In this document: positions 1 through 10,146 of the stretch, piece after piece
Position numbering within the stretch: the first letter of the stretch is position 1
Layout of the letters: the number at the start of each line of letters is the position of its first letter
From: Deltaproteobacteria bacterium
GTDB taxonomy: Bacteria; Myxococcota; Kuafuiibacteriia; Kuafuiibacteriales; Kuafuiibacteriaceae
NCBI GenBank assembly: GCA_040218735.1
Contig: JAVJQW010000055.1
Span: 96,001-160,000 of the forward strand
DNA: 64,000 nucleotides
Direction: 5' to 3'
The notes under the pieces: model-generated
Seen by the model: the letters and a program-made list of their open reading frames with translations, nothing else
Databases searched by the model: none
What the model was told of the DNA's origin: nothing
Made by a program: the position numbers and the translations under genes

Positions 1-624
1 CGCACCGCGCACCGCGTGCGGCGGAACTACGGCGTGATCGTCGAGCGTGAGAAGGAAGAGGCGCGCGTCGCGAAGAAGGCGACGCAGGTCGAAGAGAAGA
101 CCGAGCGCATCTTCTCCGACGGCATCCGCGACGCGACGACCTCACTCGTGTCGAAGTCGTCGCTGTCCGAGGTGCTCGTGGTCGTCCTCCAGACGATGTA
201 CCGAGGCCTGAGCTTCGCCGGCGCCTCGCGCGCGGTGTTCATGATGCGCAACGCCGACACCGAAGAGCTGCGCTACCGCTCGGGCGTCGGCGCGGGGTTG
301 GAGGACGCCGGCAATTGGCTACGCGTTCCGGCCAAGCGCGGCGGCATCTTCCACGTCGCGCTCGAGCAGCAGAAGGATCTCTACATCGAGTCGCTCCCCG
401 CCGACGACGCAAAGAGCCTGTTGCCGCCGGCGCTCGAGCACCGGGTGCAGGGCGGCGCGTTCTTCGTGGTGCTCCCGATCGTGGTCGGGAACAGCCCGAT
501 CGGTGTCTTCAGCATCGACGGCCACGGCGACGCGACGCTGACCGAGAAACACATGAAACACCTGGCCGTCCTGCGGGACCAGGTCGTGCTCGCGATCCGA
601 CAGTCCTCCTCGAAGGCGGCCTGA
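1..624 (+). CDS. C-terminal GAF domain of a signalling protein (5' partial)
   Basis: Frame +1 is open from base 1. GAF-like pattern (RAVFMM...FFVVLPIVVGNSPIGVFSIDG...LAVLRDQVVLAI). Confidence 0.6.
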   Translation, partial: RTAHRVRRNYGVIVEREKEEARVAKKATQVEEKTERIFSDGIRDATTSLVSKSSLSEVLVVVLQTMYRGLSFAGASRAVFMMRNADTEELRYRSGVGAGLEDAGNWLRVPAKRGGIFHVALEQQKDLYIESLPADDAKSLLPPALEHRVQGGAFFVVLPIVVGNSPIGVFSIDGHGDATLTEKHMKHLAVLRDQVVLAIRQSSSKAA

Positions 625-682
625 GCGCGCCCGTCGGGCGAATGCCTTGCGCCCGGGCGCCGCTTCGGCGATGCGTCTCGCC

Positions 683-1231
683 ATGCGTGGCATCGCTCTG
701 TTCTCGCTCCTGTTGCTGACCGTCGCGTGTCAGTCGTCCAAGACGACGGCGCCCGCGTCCAAGCCCGCCACCGAACCCGCCGCCAGCGCTTCGCCGCCGC
801 CGCCGCCGGCGAAGGCGCCGCCCGTCGAGGTCGCGCCCCCCACCGGCGCGGAGCCCACGCCGGCGGGTCCGCGTCCGTGTGCGTCGTCGTCGGAGTGTGG
901 CAAGGGCGAGCGCTGCACGACGGAGTCGGGCGCTTGCGACAAGCCGCCGGGCTGCGGCGCGGGGGATATCTGTCCGCAGGTTTGTTACGGCGTGTGTGCG
1001 TCGGGCTCCGCTTCGACGAAGCCCCCGGCCACGCAGTGCAAGGCCGACGCGGACTGTCGGACCTACAGCGACTACTGCGAAGGCTGTAACTGCCGGGTCC
1101 TCGCCAAGGGGGAGGACGCACCCAAGTGTGCGACGAAGCCCGTCAACTGCATCGCGGATCCATGCATGAGGCAGCGCGCGTCCTGCGTGAAGGGCCGCTG
1201 CGCGCTGTTGTCGACCGCCGACGAGGAGTGA
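683..1231 (+). CDS. Cys-rich lipoprotein with Pro/Ala linker
   Basis: Signal peptide with lipobox LTVAC, Pro-rich linker, two Cys-rich modules (CASSSEC..., CKADADC...). Start could also be 671. Confidence 0.7.
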   Translation: MRGIALFSLLLLTVACQSSKTTAPASKPATEPAASASPPPPPAKAPPVEVAPPTGAEPTPAGPRPCASSSECGKGERCTTESGACDKPPGCGAGDICPQVCYGVCASGSASTKPPATQCKADADCRTYSDYCEGCNCRVLAKGEDAPKCATKPVNCIADPCMRQRASCVKGRCALLSTADEE

Positions 1232-1262
1232 CGCCGCTCGGACTTCGCGGTAGATCCGCCGC

Positions 1263-2279
1263 GTGCAGGTCTACGAAGTCCAAGAGGCGTTCGGTCTCGA
1301 CCACCTGAAGCTCACCGAGCGCCCCGATCCGAAGCCCGGCCGGCGGCAGGTCGTGGTCGCCGTGAAGGCGGCGTCGATCAACTACCGCGACCTGATGATG
1401 GTGCAGGGGTCGTACAACCCCAAGCTGAAGCTCCCGTTCGTCCCGCTCTCCGACGGCATGGGCGAGGTCGTCGCCGTAGGCGACGCCGTGACCCGCGCGG
1501 CGGTCGGTGACCGCGTCGCCGTGGCGTTCTTCGAAGACTGGATCGCGCGCCCCGTTCCGCCCGACCGGCGTCTTCACCGCGTCGCGCGCGGCGGACCCGT
1601 GGACGGGATGCTCACGAAGATGGCCGTGGTCTCGGAGGAAGCGGTGACGCCGGCCCCGAGCAACCTCACCAACGCGGAGGTCGCGACGCTCCCCTGCGCG
1701 GCGCTCACCGCGTGGAGCGCGCTGGTCTCGCAGGGCGAGGTGGGCCCGGGTCAGTGGGTCGTGGTGCAGGGTACCGGCGGCGTGTCACTCTTCGCGCTGC
1801 AGTTCGCCAAGAAGCTCGGGGCGCGCGTGATCGTGACGTCGTCGAGCGAGGAGAAGCTCGCGCGCGCGCGCTCGCTCGGCGCGGACCACGGCATCAACTA
1901 CAAGACGACGCCCGACTGGGGCAAAGCGGTCGCGAAACACACGACCCACGGCGCGGACCACGTGCTGGAGGTCGGCGGCGCGGGGACGCTCCAGCAGTCC
2001 CTCGTCGCGGTGCGTCCGGGCGGGCACATCAGCGTCATCGGCGTGCTGTCGGGCGTGAAGTCGGACCTGAACGTGGTGCCGATCCTGATGAACAACATCC
2101 GCCTGCAGGGCGTCCACGTCGGCTCGCGCACCGAGTTCGAAGCGATGAACCGGGCGATCGAACAGCAGAACCTCAAGCCGGTGGTAGACCGAATCTTCCC
2201 GTTCGAGGACGCGCCGCGCGCGTTCCGCTACGTCGAGGAGGCGAAGCACTTCGGGAAGGTTTGTATCTCGATGGAGTGA
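1263..2279 (+). CDS. NAD(P)-dependent MDR-family (zinc-binding ADH/quinone reductase-like) oxidoreductase
   Basis: ASINYRDL, VPLSDGMGEV, LPCAALTAW, QGTGGVS, HFGKVCI motifs. Confidence 0.9.
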   Translation: MQVYEVQEAFGLDHLKLTERPDPKPGRRQVVVAVKAASINYRDLMMVQGSYNPKLKLPFVPLSDGMGEVVAVGDAVTRAAVGDRVAVAFFEDWIARPVPPDRRLHRVARGGPVDGMLTKMAVVSEEAVTPAPSNLTNAEVATLPCAALTAWSALVSQGEVGPGQWVVVQGTGGVSLFALQFAKKLGARVIVTSSSEEKLARARSLGADHGINYKTTPDWGKAVAKHTTHGADHVLEVGGAGTLQQSLVAVRPGGHISVIGVLSGVKSDLNVVPILMNNIRLQGVHVGSRTEFEAMNRAIEQQNLKPVVDRIFPFEDAPRAFRYVEEAKHFGKVCISME

Positions 2280-3149
2280 TCAAACGTACCGCCCCACGAT
2301 CCCCATCGCCTGCCCGACATACCCTCCGCCGAACAGCAGCGCGTGATTCATCACGTGGTACAGCTGGTACAACGCGTTCCGCGCCCGCCACCCATCCAGG
2401 GGCCGGACCTCCGCGTAAGCGTCATAGGTACGCGCGGAGAACCCACCGAACAAAGTCATCATCCCCAGCTCCGCCTCCGGGTGTGCGTAGGCCACGGCCG
2501 GGTCGATCAGCGCCGGCCGCGCGCCGTCGGCGTGCAGGTTCCCGCTCCACAGATCCCCGTGAATCAGCGCCGGAGGGTGCTCGACCAACAACTCATCCAA
2601 TCGCGAAAGCAGCCGCTCGATCCGCTTCGCGTCGCCCCGCGAATAAATACCCGCCTGCACGCCTTCCCGAAGCTGATATCCGAGCCGGTGCTCTCGATAG
2701 AACTCCACCCACCCGGAAGTCGCCGCGTTCGGCTGCAGAGTCAGGCCGCAGTAGGTGTCGATCTCGAACCCATAGGTTCGGCGCGTCGCGCCGTGTAACT
2801 CGGCCAGCCCGCGCCCGAGCACCTCGTCGAAGTCCGCCGTCCGTCGCCCGGGCTCCAGATATGTCGTCACCAGGAACCCCGCGGCCCCCGCGACCGGATC
2901 CTCGAAGGCGATCACCTCCGGGATCACCAGCGAGGTCGCCGCGGCGCGCATCGCCTCCAGCCCTGCGGCCTCCGCGGAGAAGATCGCGCTGGGCGTCGCG
3001 TTCGACTTCAGGAAGAACGTCCCCGCGTCCGTGTCGATGCGCGCGGCCTCGTTGATACACCCGCCGCCGAGTTGTGACTGATCGCGAACGTGGACGCTGC
3101 GTCCGAGCGCTCGACTCAGCGCCGCCTCGACGCGCGCCTGCAGCGTCAC
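2280..3149 (-). CDS. Fructosamine kinase family protein
   Basis: GGGCIN, FFLK, LIHGDLWSGN, LIDPA, LYQLYHVMNH motifs. Confidence 0.92.
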   Translation of the reverse strand: MTLQARVEAALSRALGRSVHVRDQSQLGGGCINEAARIDTDAGTFFLKSNATPSAIFSAEAAGLEAMRAAATSLVIPEVIAFEDPVAGAAGFLVTTYLEPGRRTADFDEVLGRGLAELHGATRRTYGFEIDTYCGLTLQPNAATSGWVEFYREHRLGYQLREGVQAGIYSRGDAKRIERLLSRLDELLVEHPPALIHGDLWSGNLHADGARPALIDPAVAYAHPEAELGMMTLFGGFSARTYDAYAEVRPLDGWRARNALYQLYHVMNHALLFGGGYVGQAMGIVGRYV

Positions 3150-3607
3150 GCCTCGAGCTCGTCGGCGATGCGGTTGGCGCAGCGCTCCACGATGCGAACG
3201 ACCTCGTCGAACCCCTCCGGTCCCCCGTAGTACGGATCCGGCGTGTCGGGGTCGGCGCCTTCGTTGTCGTAGCTACGGAACAGCTTCACCCGCTCGGCGT
3301 ACTCGGGGGGGCACATCGCCATCAGGTCGGAGAGGTTGTCGCGGTCCATGGCGAGCACGAGGTCGAACGCTTCGAAGTCTTCGACGCGCACCTGCCGTGC
3401 CTGACCGCCGAGGGTGTAGCCGTGTTTCTTGGCGGCCTGCTTCATCCGGCGGTCTGGCGGGTTGCCGACGTGCCACGCGCCGGTCCCCGCGCTGTCGATC
3501 TCGACGCGGTCTTCGAGGCCCCGACGCTTCACGATCGCGCGGAACAGCCCCTCCGCGGTGGGGGAGCGACAGATGTTCCCGAGGCAGACGAACAGGATGC
3601 GTTTCAT
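3146..3607 (-). CDS. Low molecular weight protein-tyrosine phosphatase
   Basis: FVCLGNICRS P-loop, DSAGT, DPYYG. Confidence 0.95.
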   Translation of the reverse strand: MKRILFVCLGNICRSPTAEGLFRAIVKRRGLEDRVEIDSAGTGAWHVGNPPDRRMKQAAKKHGYTLGGQARQVRVEDFEAFDLVLAMDRDNLSDLMAMCPPEYAERVKLFRSYDNEGADPDTPDPYYGGPEGFDEVVRIVERCANRIADELEA

Positions 3608-3617
3608 CGCGTCGACT

Positions 3618-4466
3618 CTACTTCTTCTTCAGCTTCGCGTCGGCGCGCGCCCACTTCGCGTCGAATGCGACACCCTTCGCGTCGAGGTCCACGACCACCG
3701 GGGTGTGGTCGGAGGGGATCGGCTTGCCCTTGCGCGCCTCGCGGTCGATCTCGGTCCACACCGCGCGCTCGACGACGGCCGCGGAGGACATCAGCAGGTC
3801 GATGCGCATCCCCATGTTCTTGTGGAACGCGCCCTGCCGGTAGTCCCACCAGCTGTACCGGTTCCCCTCGGGGTGCTGCGCTCGGTACACGTCGACGAGC
3901 CCCGCCGCCTCCAGGTTCGCGATGCGCTCGCGCTCCGCGCCCGAGACGTGGGTGCCGCCGTGGCACTTCTCGGCGTCCCAGACGTCGATGTCCGCGGGCG
4001 CGACGTTGTAGTCACCGCCGACGATCAGCGCGTCGGCGCCCTCGTCCTCGACCCACTTCACCAGCCGGTCGAGCCACTCGAGTTTCTTCGCGTAGAACGG
4101 CGAGTCGACCTGGCGCCCGTTCGGCACGTACACACTCACCAGGCGGACGCCGTCGATCGTCGCGGCGATCATCCGCGCCTCGGTGAAGGGGTCCTCGGGA
4201 TCCACCTCGGTCGCGACCGGGTCACCGAAGTTCACGACGAGATCCGAAGCCTCGGACTTCGTCGCGATCGCCACTCCGTTCCATCGCCCCTGCCCGTGGT
4301 GATGGAACGTGTAACCCATCTTCTCGAAGGCCTCGTGCGGGCCGTCTTCGTCGGCGAGCTTCGTCTCTTGGATCAGCAGTACGTCCGGGGCTGCCCGTTC
4401 GATCCACCACTCGACTTTACCGAGCCGCGCGCCCAGGGAGTTCACGTTCCACGTCGCGATCCGCAT
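3618..4466 (-). CDS. xth: Exodeoxyribonuclease III
   Basis: Starts MRIATWNVNSL (ATG at 4466); IQETK, GDYNVA, YSWWDYR, RIDL, SDHTPV. Confidence 0.95.
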   Translation of the reverse strand: MRIATWNVNSLGARLGKVEWWIERAAPDVLLIQETKLADEDGPHEAFEKMGYTFHHHGQGRWNGVAIATKSEASDLVVNFGDPVATEVDPEDPFTEARMIAATIDGVRLVSVYVPNGRQVDSPFYAKKLEWLDRLVKWVEDEGADALIVGGDYNVAPADIDVWDAEKCHGGTHVSGAERERIANLEAAGLVDVYRAQHPEGNRYSWWDYRQGAFHKNMGMRIDLLMSSAAVVERAVWTEIDREARKGKPIPSDHTPVVVDLDAKGVAFDAKWARADAKLKKK

Positions 4467-4570
4467 CGGGCCGGGACCGTCGTCCAACCGACCCGCCCGA
4501 GTCCACCCCGCATCGAGCGCCGACGGTTCATGCCCTTGGATGTGCTGATGACCAGACGTAGTCTCCCCGC

Positions 4571-6079
4571 ATGTCACGCCATCCCTTCGTTCCCTTACTC
4601 GTCGTCGGGCTCACGGCGGCCTGCATCGTGGAAGACAGCGATGGTCCAGGTCCTCAGGGTGAGATGGGTGCGCCGGGCGCGATGGGCGCCATGGGCGCGA
4701 TGGGCGAAAACGGTATGCCGGGCGACGATGGCTTTTCGAGCCTCGTCATCACGCGCACCGAGGGAAACTGCGTCGTGATCGAGACCGGGCTCGACACAAA
4801 TCGCAATGGTCAGCTCGACGCCAGCGAGCTCACCGCGGGGACGTCTTCGACGCTGTGCGAGAGCGTGCCCGCGGAGGTGACCGCGCTCTCCCAGCGCATC
4901 GATTCACTCGAGGGCGCGGTCATTTCGACGCCCGCCGTGATCACGGTGCGCGGTGGGGTGAGTACGTCCACGAGCACGTTTCCCAACCTCGATGGTGTGC
5001 TCTCGTTCCTCTCGTCGCGCCGACTCGGCGGTCAGGGGCTGCTCACCATTCAGGTCGAGCGCGGTCGCTACATGTTCTCGGAGCCGCTCACCTTCGACCA
5101 TCCGGATGGCGGGCGAATTCTGATCATCGGCGACGAGGCCGACCCCGGCACGGTCGACCTGATCTTTCAGCAGTCGAACGGGCTCGAGGTGCAGGGCGGC
5201 GCCACCCTCGCGAGGTTCTCCGGATTCGAGCTCGGCTATCAGGGCGCCGCGAGTGAGGCGCGAGGAATCGTCGTGACCCAGCACAGCGAGCTCGGCCTGG
5301 GCGCCGTCATCGTCAGCGACTTTCCTGGGGTCGGGATCCTCGTCGAGCGCCAGTCGGCCGTCACCCCCGTCGACCGCCAAGTGAGCTCGGGCGAGCCGAC
5401 GCTACCGGCGGTCGTCGCTTGTCCGGGAGCCGCATGCGGCGGCGTCGGTGTCCGCGTCACGGAGCGATCACTCGCGGAGTTCGTGAACACGCGGACTCCG
5501 GACGTCGGTCTGAACGTCACGGGCTTCGGCTCCGACGGAGTCGAGGTCTCGCGACAGTCGACGATGGTCGCGGACTTCCTGCGAAGCGCGAACCACGGCG
5601 GGCGCGGGATCCTCGTCGACTCGATGTCCATGATCATCGCCGACGATGCGACGGTGGCCTCGAACGTCGGGGACGCGGTGTTCGTTCAGCACAACGGTAC
5701 CGCTCGCCTCCATCGCCTGGAGGTGACCGGCAGCGGCGTGGCCGTGGCCGTCGAGGTTCGCAACGCCGCCTACGCATACATCTCGGCCTGTTCGCTCGAC
5801 GCGACCGACATCGGGATTCGCGCCGGCGAGAACTCGACGGTGATCGCCGATGGCTGCGAAATCGACGCTGACGAGGACGGCGTGCTCGCCATCGACCGCG
5901 CCTACGTCGACATCCGCAGCGTCACGGTCGGCGCGACCTCGGCTCCGATGCGCGGGGTGACCGCCCGAACCGGGGCCTACATCAACGCGGACGGCTCGAC
6001 GGTGAACGGATCGAACGCGACGTTCACTCCGGACGTGAACACCCCCGGTTCCGCGCACCAGTTCATCCACTGGCTCTGA
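4571..6079 (+). CDS. Lipoprotein with collagen-like G-X-Y stretch and right-handed beta-helix domain
   Basis: Lipobox LTAAC; GPQGEMGAPGAMGAMGAMGENGMPG; DTNRNGQLDASE; repeated 'Gi.v...S' beta-helix rungs. Confidence 0.65.
   Translation: MSRHPFVPLLVVGLTAACIVEDSDGPGPQGEMGAPGAMGAMGAMGENGMPGDDGFSSLVITRTEGNCVVIETGLDTNRNGQLDASELTAGTSSTLCESVPAEVTALSQRIDSLEGAVISTPAVITVRGGVSTSTSTFPNLDGVLSFLSSRRLGGQGLLTIQVERGRYMFSEPLTFDHPDGGRILIIGDEADPGTVDLIFQQSNGLEVQGGATLARFSGFELGYQGAASEARGIVVTQHSELGLGAVIVSDFPGVGILVERQSAVTPVDRQVSSGEPTLPAVVACPGAACGGVGVRVTERSLAEFVNTRTPDVGLNVTGFGSDGVEVSRQSTMVADFLRSANHGGRGILVDSMSMIIADDATVASNVGDAVFVQHNGTARLHRLEVTGSGVAVAVEVRNAAYAYISACSLDATDIGIRAGENSTVIADGCEIDADEDGVLAIDRAYVDIRSVTVGATSAPMRGVTARTGAYINADGSTVNGSNATFTPDVNTPGSAHQFIHWL
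4647..4732 (+). repeat. 9-nt coding tandem repeat encoding G-X-Y triplets
   Basis: Imperfect (g/c)atgggcgc repeats at about 4663-4705. Confidence 0.6.
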
Positions 6080-6086
6080 ACGAGGT

Positions 6087-6896
6087 TCAGCGCATCGCGA
6101 GGGCGGGGGTGGACTCCGCGTTGTCGACCTGGAAGACCGCGTGGTCCTCGACGCGCACCGCGGTGAGCTGGTGGCCCCAGACGCACCCCGAGTCGAGCGC
6201 GATGACCTGCTGCCAGCAGTGGTGGCCGAGCGCGGCCCAGTGGCCGAACATCACGACCTCGTCGGCCGTCTTGCGGCCGGGGACTTCGAACCACGCGCGG
6301 TAGCCGGGTGGGGCGTCTTCGAGCGCGCGCTTGAACTCGAACGCGGGGCGATCGTCGGGGTCCACGATCCGGATCAGCGTGCAGACGCTGACCGTCTTGC
6401 CGGGCCGCTCGTACTCGGGCGCGCGTTTCTTCGTCCACATCGACGCGAGCAACTCGGTCCACGCGTCGCTCGTCAGGATCGCTTGCACCTCGGCCGAGCG
6501 CTCCAGCGCGATCGCCTTCGTCCAGCTCGGGAGCAGCCCTGCGTGCACGACCATGTGCCCGGCCCGCTCGAACACCAGCGGCTGTTCCCGCAGCCAACCG
6601 ACGAGCTCGTCGCGGTCGTCCGCCTTCATGAGCGCGTCGAGTGTGTCGCGTTTGCCGGCGCGGCGAACGCCGGCCACGCGCCCGAGGAAGTGCAGCTCGT
6701 GGTTGCCGAGGACCATCCGCACCGAGTCGCGGTGCTGGTACGCGAAGCGCAGCGCTTCCAGCGAGCCAGGCCCGCGGTTGATCAGATCCCCCGCGAACCA
6801 GAGCTCGTCCTGCTTCGGGTCGAACGCGATCGCCTGCAGCAGGATCTCGAGCGTCTCGAAGCAGCCCTGCACATCACCGATCGCGTACGTCGCCAT
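6087..6896 (-). CDS. apaH: Symmetrical bis(5'-nucleosyl)-tetraphosphatase
   Basis: YAIGDVQGC, GDLINRGP, LGNHE, VHAG, FGHWAAL, LDSGCVWG. Confidence 0.93.
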   Translation of the reverse strand: MATYAIGDVQGCFETLEILLQAIAFDPKQDELWFAGDLINRGPGSLEALRFAYQHRDSVRMVLGNHELHFLGRVAGVRRAGKRDTLDALMKADDRDELVGWLREQPLVFERAGHMVVHAGLLPSWTKAIALERSAEVQAILTSDAWTELLASMWTKKRAPEYERPGKTVSVCTLIRIVDPDDRPAFEFKRALEDAPPGYRAWFEVPGRKTADEVVMFGHWAALGHHCWQQVIALDSGCVWGHQLTAVRVEDHAVFQVDNAESTPALAMR

Positions 6897-6903
6897 GGCC
6901 CTC

Positions 6904-8820
6904 TCAGGTCGCGCGGGTCATCAGCTCCGTCACGAGCCGGGAGAACTCCGCGGGGTCCTCGAGCACGCCGCCCTCCGCGAGGATCGACTGCCCGTAGAGG
7001 AGCTTCGCATAGGTCTCGAGGTCTTGGCTCCCCTTGTCTTCGTCGTAGATGGACTGCAGGCGCGCGAGGACCCCGTGGTCCGGATTCAGCTCGAGGATGC
7101 GCTTCGTCTTCGGCACCTCCTGTCCGAGCTGCTTCATGAGTTTCTCCATCTGAGGCGTGAGATCACCCTCGTCACCCACGAGGCACGCCGCGGACGCGGT
7201 GAGGCGGCCGGAGAGGCGCACCTCCTTCACGTCGTCCTGCAGGTAGCTCCGGATCGCGGAGAGCAGATCCTTGTGCTCGCGCTCCTTCTCCTCGCGCGCC
7301 TTCTCGGCCTCCGCCTTCTCCTCCTCGGTGCCGAGGTCGACGTCGCCCTTGCCGGCGGAGACGAACTTCTTGTCCCCGTACTCGAGCCCGCGCGACATCC
7401 AGATCTCGTCGATCGGATCCACGAGGAACACGACCTCGTACCCCTTCGCCTTGAAACCCTCGAGGTGCGGCGAGTTCTTCACCGCGTCGAGCGACGGTCC
7501 GGCGAGGTAGTAGATCGCGTCCTGCCCTTCCTTCATGCGCTCGACGTACTCGGCGAGCGTCGTCCACTTCGAGACGTCGTGCGTCGAACGCACCTGCATC
7601 AGCTCCAGGATGCGCGCCTGCTCCTTGTCGCTACCGTTGACGAGGCCCTCCTTGAGCGCCCCGCCGAACTGCGACCAGAAGCCGTCGTACTTCTCGCGAT
7701 CCTCGCCGCGGATCTCTTCGAGCTTGTCGAAGGTCTTCTTGACGAGCTGCTTGCGGATCGCCGCGATCTGCCGGTCCTTCTGCAGGATCTCGCGCGACAC
7801 GTTGAGCGACAGATCCTGCGCGTCCACCACCCCCTTCACGAAGCGCAGGTACGCCGGCATCAGCTCCTTGCACTCGTCCATGATGAAGACGCGCTTCACG
7901 TACAGCTGCACGCCGCGCTTCATCTCGGGGTGGAAGAGATCGAACGGCGCGCGCTCGGGGAGGTACAGCAGCGCCTGCGCTTCGAACGTGCCCTCGATCT
8001 TCACCGGGATGTGGGCGAGCGGCTCGTTCCAGTCGCGCGAGATGTGTTTGTAGAACTCGTTGTACTCCTCGTCGGTGACCTCGGACTTGTTCTTCGCCCA
8101 GATCGCCTTGCCGGAGTTCAGCGTCTTCTCGTCGAGGACCTTCGCGCCCTCTTCCTTCTCGGTCCAGGTGAACACCTTCACCGGGTAGCTGACGAAGTCC
8201 GAGTAGCGCTTCACGATGTCACGAAGCACCCACTCCTCGGTGTAGTCGCGGACGTGGTTGTCCTCGTCGACGTCCTTCAGCTTCAGCGTGATCGTCGTGC
8301 CGGGCTCGTCGCGCTCGGCGTCTTCGAGGTCGTAGCCGCCGTCGCCCTGCGACGCCCACCGCGTGGCCTTCTCCTCACCGGCGCGCCGCGTGATGACTTC
8401 GACCTCCGCCGCGACCATGAAGCTCGAATAAAAACCCACCCCGAACTGACCGATCAGCTCGGGCGCCGCTTCGGAGTTCTCCTTCGCCTCCTTCAACTTC
8501 GACAGGAACTCTTTGGTCCCCGAGCGGGCGATGGTCCCGAGGTTCTCGACGACCTCGTCGCGGCTCATGCCGATCCCGTTGTCCGAGATCGTCAACGTGC
8601 GCGCTTCGGCGTCCGGCTTCAGGTGAATCTCGGCGGCGCGGTCGGAGCGCAGCGCTTCGTTCGTCAGCGACTCGAAGCGGAGGCGGTCCAGGGCGTCCGA
8701 GGCGTTCGAGATGAGCTCCCGAAGGAAGACGTCCTTGTTGGAGTAGAGGGAGTGAATCATCAGGTCCAGCAGCTGCTGGACCTCTGCGCGAAACTCGTGG
8801 CGGTTGCTGTCCGTACCCAT
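6904..8820 (-). CDS. htpG: Molecular chaperone HtpG (Hsp90)
   Basis: YSNKDVFLRELISNASDA, IGQFGVGFYS, LNVSREILQ, ILELNPDH. Start taken at MGTDSNRHEF. Confidence 0.97.
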   Translation of the reverse strand: MGTDSNRHEFRAEVQQLLDLMIHSLYSNKDVFLRELISNASDALDRLRFESLTNEALRSDRAAEIHLKPDAEARTLTISDNGIGMSRDEVVENLGTIARSGTKEFLSKLKEAKENSEAAPELIGQFGVGFYSSFMVAAEVEVITRRAGEEKATRWASQGDGGYDLEDAERDEPGTTITLKLKDVDEDNHVRDYTEEWVLRDIVKRYSDFVSYPVKVFTWTEKEEGAKVLDEKTLNSGKAIWAKNKSEVTDEEYNEFYKHISRDWNEPLAHIPVKIEGTFEAQALLYLPERAPFDLFHPEMKRGVQLYVKRVFIMDECKELMPAYLRFVKGVVDAQDLSLNVSREILQKDRQIAAIRKQLVKKTFDKLEEIRGEDREKYDGFWSQFGGALKEGLVNGSDKEQARILELMQVRSTHDVSKWTTLAEYVERMKEGQDAIYYLAGPSLDAVKNSPHLEGFKAKGYEVVFLVDPIDEIWMSRGLEYGDKKFVSAGKGDVDLGTEEEKAEAEKAREEKEREHKDLLSAIRSYLQDDVKEVRLSGRLTASAACLVGDEGDLTPQMEKLMKQLGQEVPKTKRILELNPDHGVLARLQSIYDEDKGSQDLETYAKLLYGQSILAEGGVLEDPAEFSRLVTELMTRAT

Positions 8821-8863
8821 GGCGGCGACAGGGATGAACACTCCCGCCGCGAGCGTCAAGCGC

Positions 8864-10099
8864 TTACCGCCGCCCCTCCGCGCGGGCCTTCATCGCGGCC
8901 AGGGCCACAGTCCCCGAGGCCATCACGATGCCGTGCTCGAACAGGGGCTCCTTCTCCACGAGCTTCTTCGTGACCCAGGAGGACTCCCTGACGTCGGAAT
9001 AGGCGTAGTGCACCGGGATCGTGCGCCCCTCGCCGAAGGGCGAGAACTCCCAGCGCCAGCGCCCCCGCTTGATGTCGCCGCCCGTGGCGACCACGTCGAC
9101 GCTCCCGTCCGGCTCGATCGTCATCAGCGAGGTCCCCTCCAGGTTGGTGATCGGAACCTCCAGCTCCCACTCCATGTGCAGCTGGTTGTCGCCCTTCGGC
9201 GTGACGTTCTGCTCCGCGAAGTTCGGGATGAACTCGGGGTACTTCGCCGGGTCCTGGACGATCGCGGCGATCTTCGCCTTGGGCGCGTTCACCACCCCGA
9301 GGATCGCGGTCTGCATCAGCGTCCCATCCGGGTACGACTCGACGAGCGCGAGCTGCCCGTGCCCGAGGAGCCCCTTCAGCTTCGACAGGTCGAGGCCGTC
9401 CGGGCCGAGGCCGAGGCGCTTGAACGGCGGCACCGCCCCGGTCTTCGGGATGAGCTTCTGCTGCGGTTGGTCCTCTAGGTGCGCGCGCAGGCCGCGGATG
9501 TGGACGAACGCGGTCGACAGGTTCGCCCCCTGTTCCATCGACGGCTCGAGCTTCACCATCGTCTCGATGAGGATCCCACCCGTGTCGACGTCGAGCGACC
9601 GGTAGAACGCCGCGAGCGTGTGACGCCCGCCGTCGATCGGGTACAGCTCCCACCGCTCGCGGCTGCCGCGCATGTGCCCGGTGTTGCCGCGGACCTCGAT
9701 CAGCTCCGGGCGACGCCCGCGCTGGTGACGGCTCCCCTCGAGGTTGAAGAACGGGACGTCGAGCTCCCACTCGAACGTGGTGATCCCGCCGCGGCGCTTC
9801 ACGATCTTCGTCGCGACCACCGTGCGCAGAAACTTCGGATACGACTCGACGTCGGTGAGGACGTCGTAGACCTTCTCGCGCGGCACCTCGAAGCGCGTGA
9901 ACACCACGACCTGCCGCGCGCTACCGTCCGGCGCGTTCTCGATCAGCGCGACCTCGCCGCGCTTGGCGAGCTCGGCGAGCGTCGGGATGTCCATGTCACT
10001 CGCGCGGCTCACGACCCGGCGGGTCTTGGCCTCGACGGCGCCCGGGAGCAGGGCCGGCAACAGGAGCGCGGCGACGAGGACGAAGGGGAGGGCGCGCAT
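8864..10099 (-). CDS. Secreted tandem SRPBCC/START-domain protein
   Basis: Signal peptide; two similar halves (VLTDVESYPKFL / IVQDPAKYPEFI; FEWELDVP / MEWELEVP). Confidence 0.7.
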   Translation of the reverse strand: MRALPFVLVAALLLPALLPGAVEAKTRRVVSRASDMDIPTLAELAKRGEVALIENAPDGSARQVVVFTRFEVPREKVYDVLTDVESYPKFLRTVVATKIVKRRGGITTFEWELDVPFFNLEGSRHQRGRRPELIEVRGNTGHMRGSRERWELYPIDGGRHTLAAFYRSLDVDTGGILIETMVKLEPSMEQGANLSTAFVHIRGLRAHLEDQPQQKLIPKTGAVPPFKRLGLGPDGLDLSKLKGLLGHGQLALVESYPDGTLMQTAILGVVNAPKAKIAAIVQDPAKYPEFIPNFAEQNVTPKGDNQLHMEWELEVPITNLEGTSLMTIEPDGSVDVVATGGDIKRGRWRWEFSPFGEGRTIPVHYAYSDVRESSWVTKKLVEKEPLFEHGIVMASGTVALAAMKARAEGRR

Positions 10100-10146
10100 G
10101 ACCGCGGCATCCTGCCGGCGGGCGCTGCGCTCGGTCCATCCGAAAG

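Noticed and set aside
6331-8973. 880-aa ORF antisense to htpG/apaH (similar long shadows at 11088-14465, 18261-20879, 43437-46241, 60419-63316)
   Set aside because: These are stop-poor shadow frames expected in high-GC3 DNA; they show no recognisable motifs and overlap well-supported genes.
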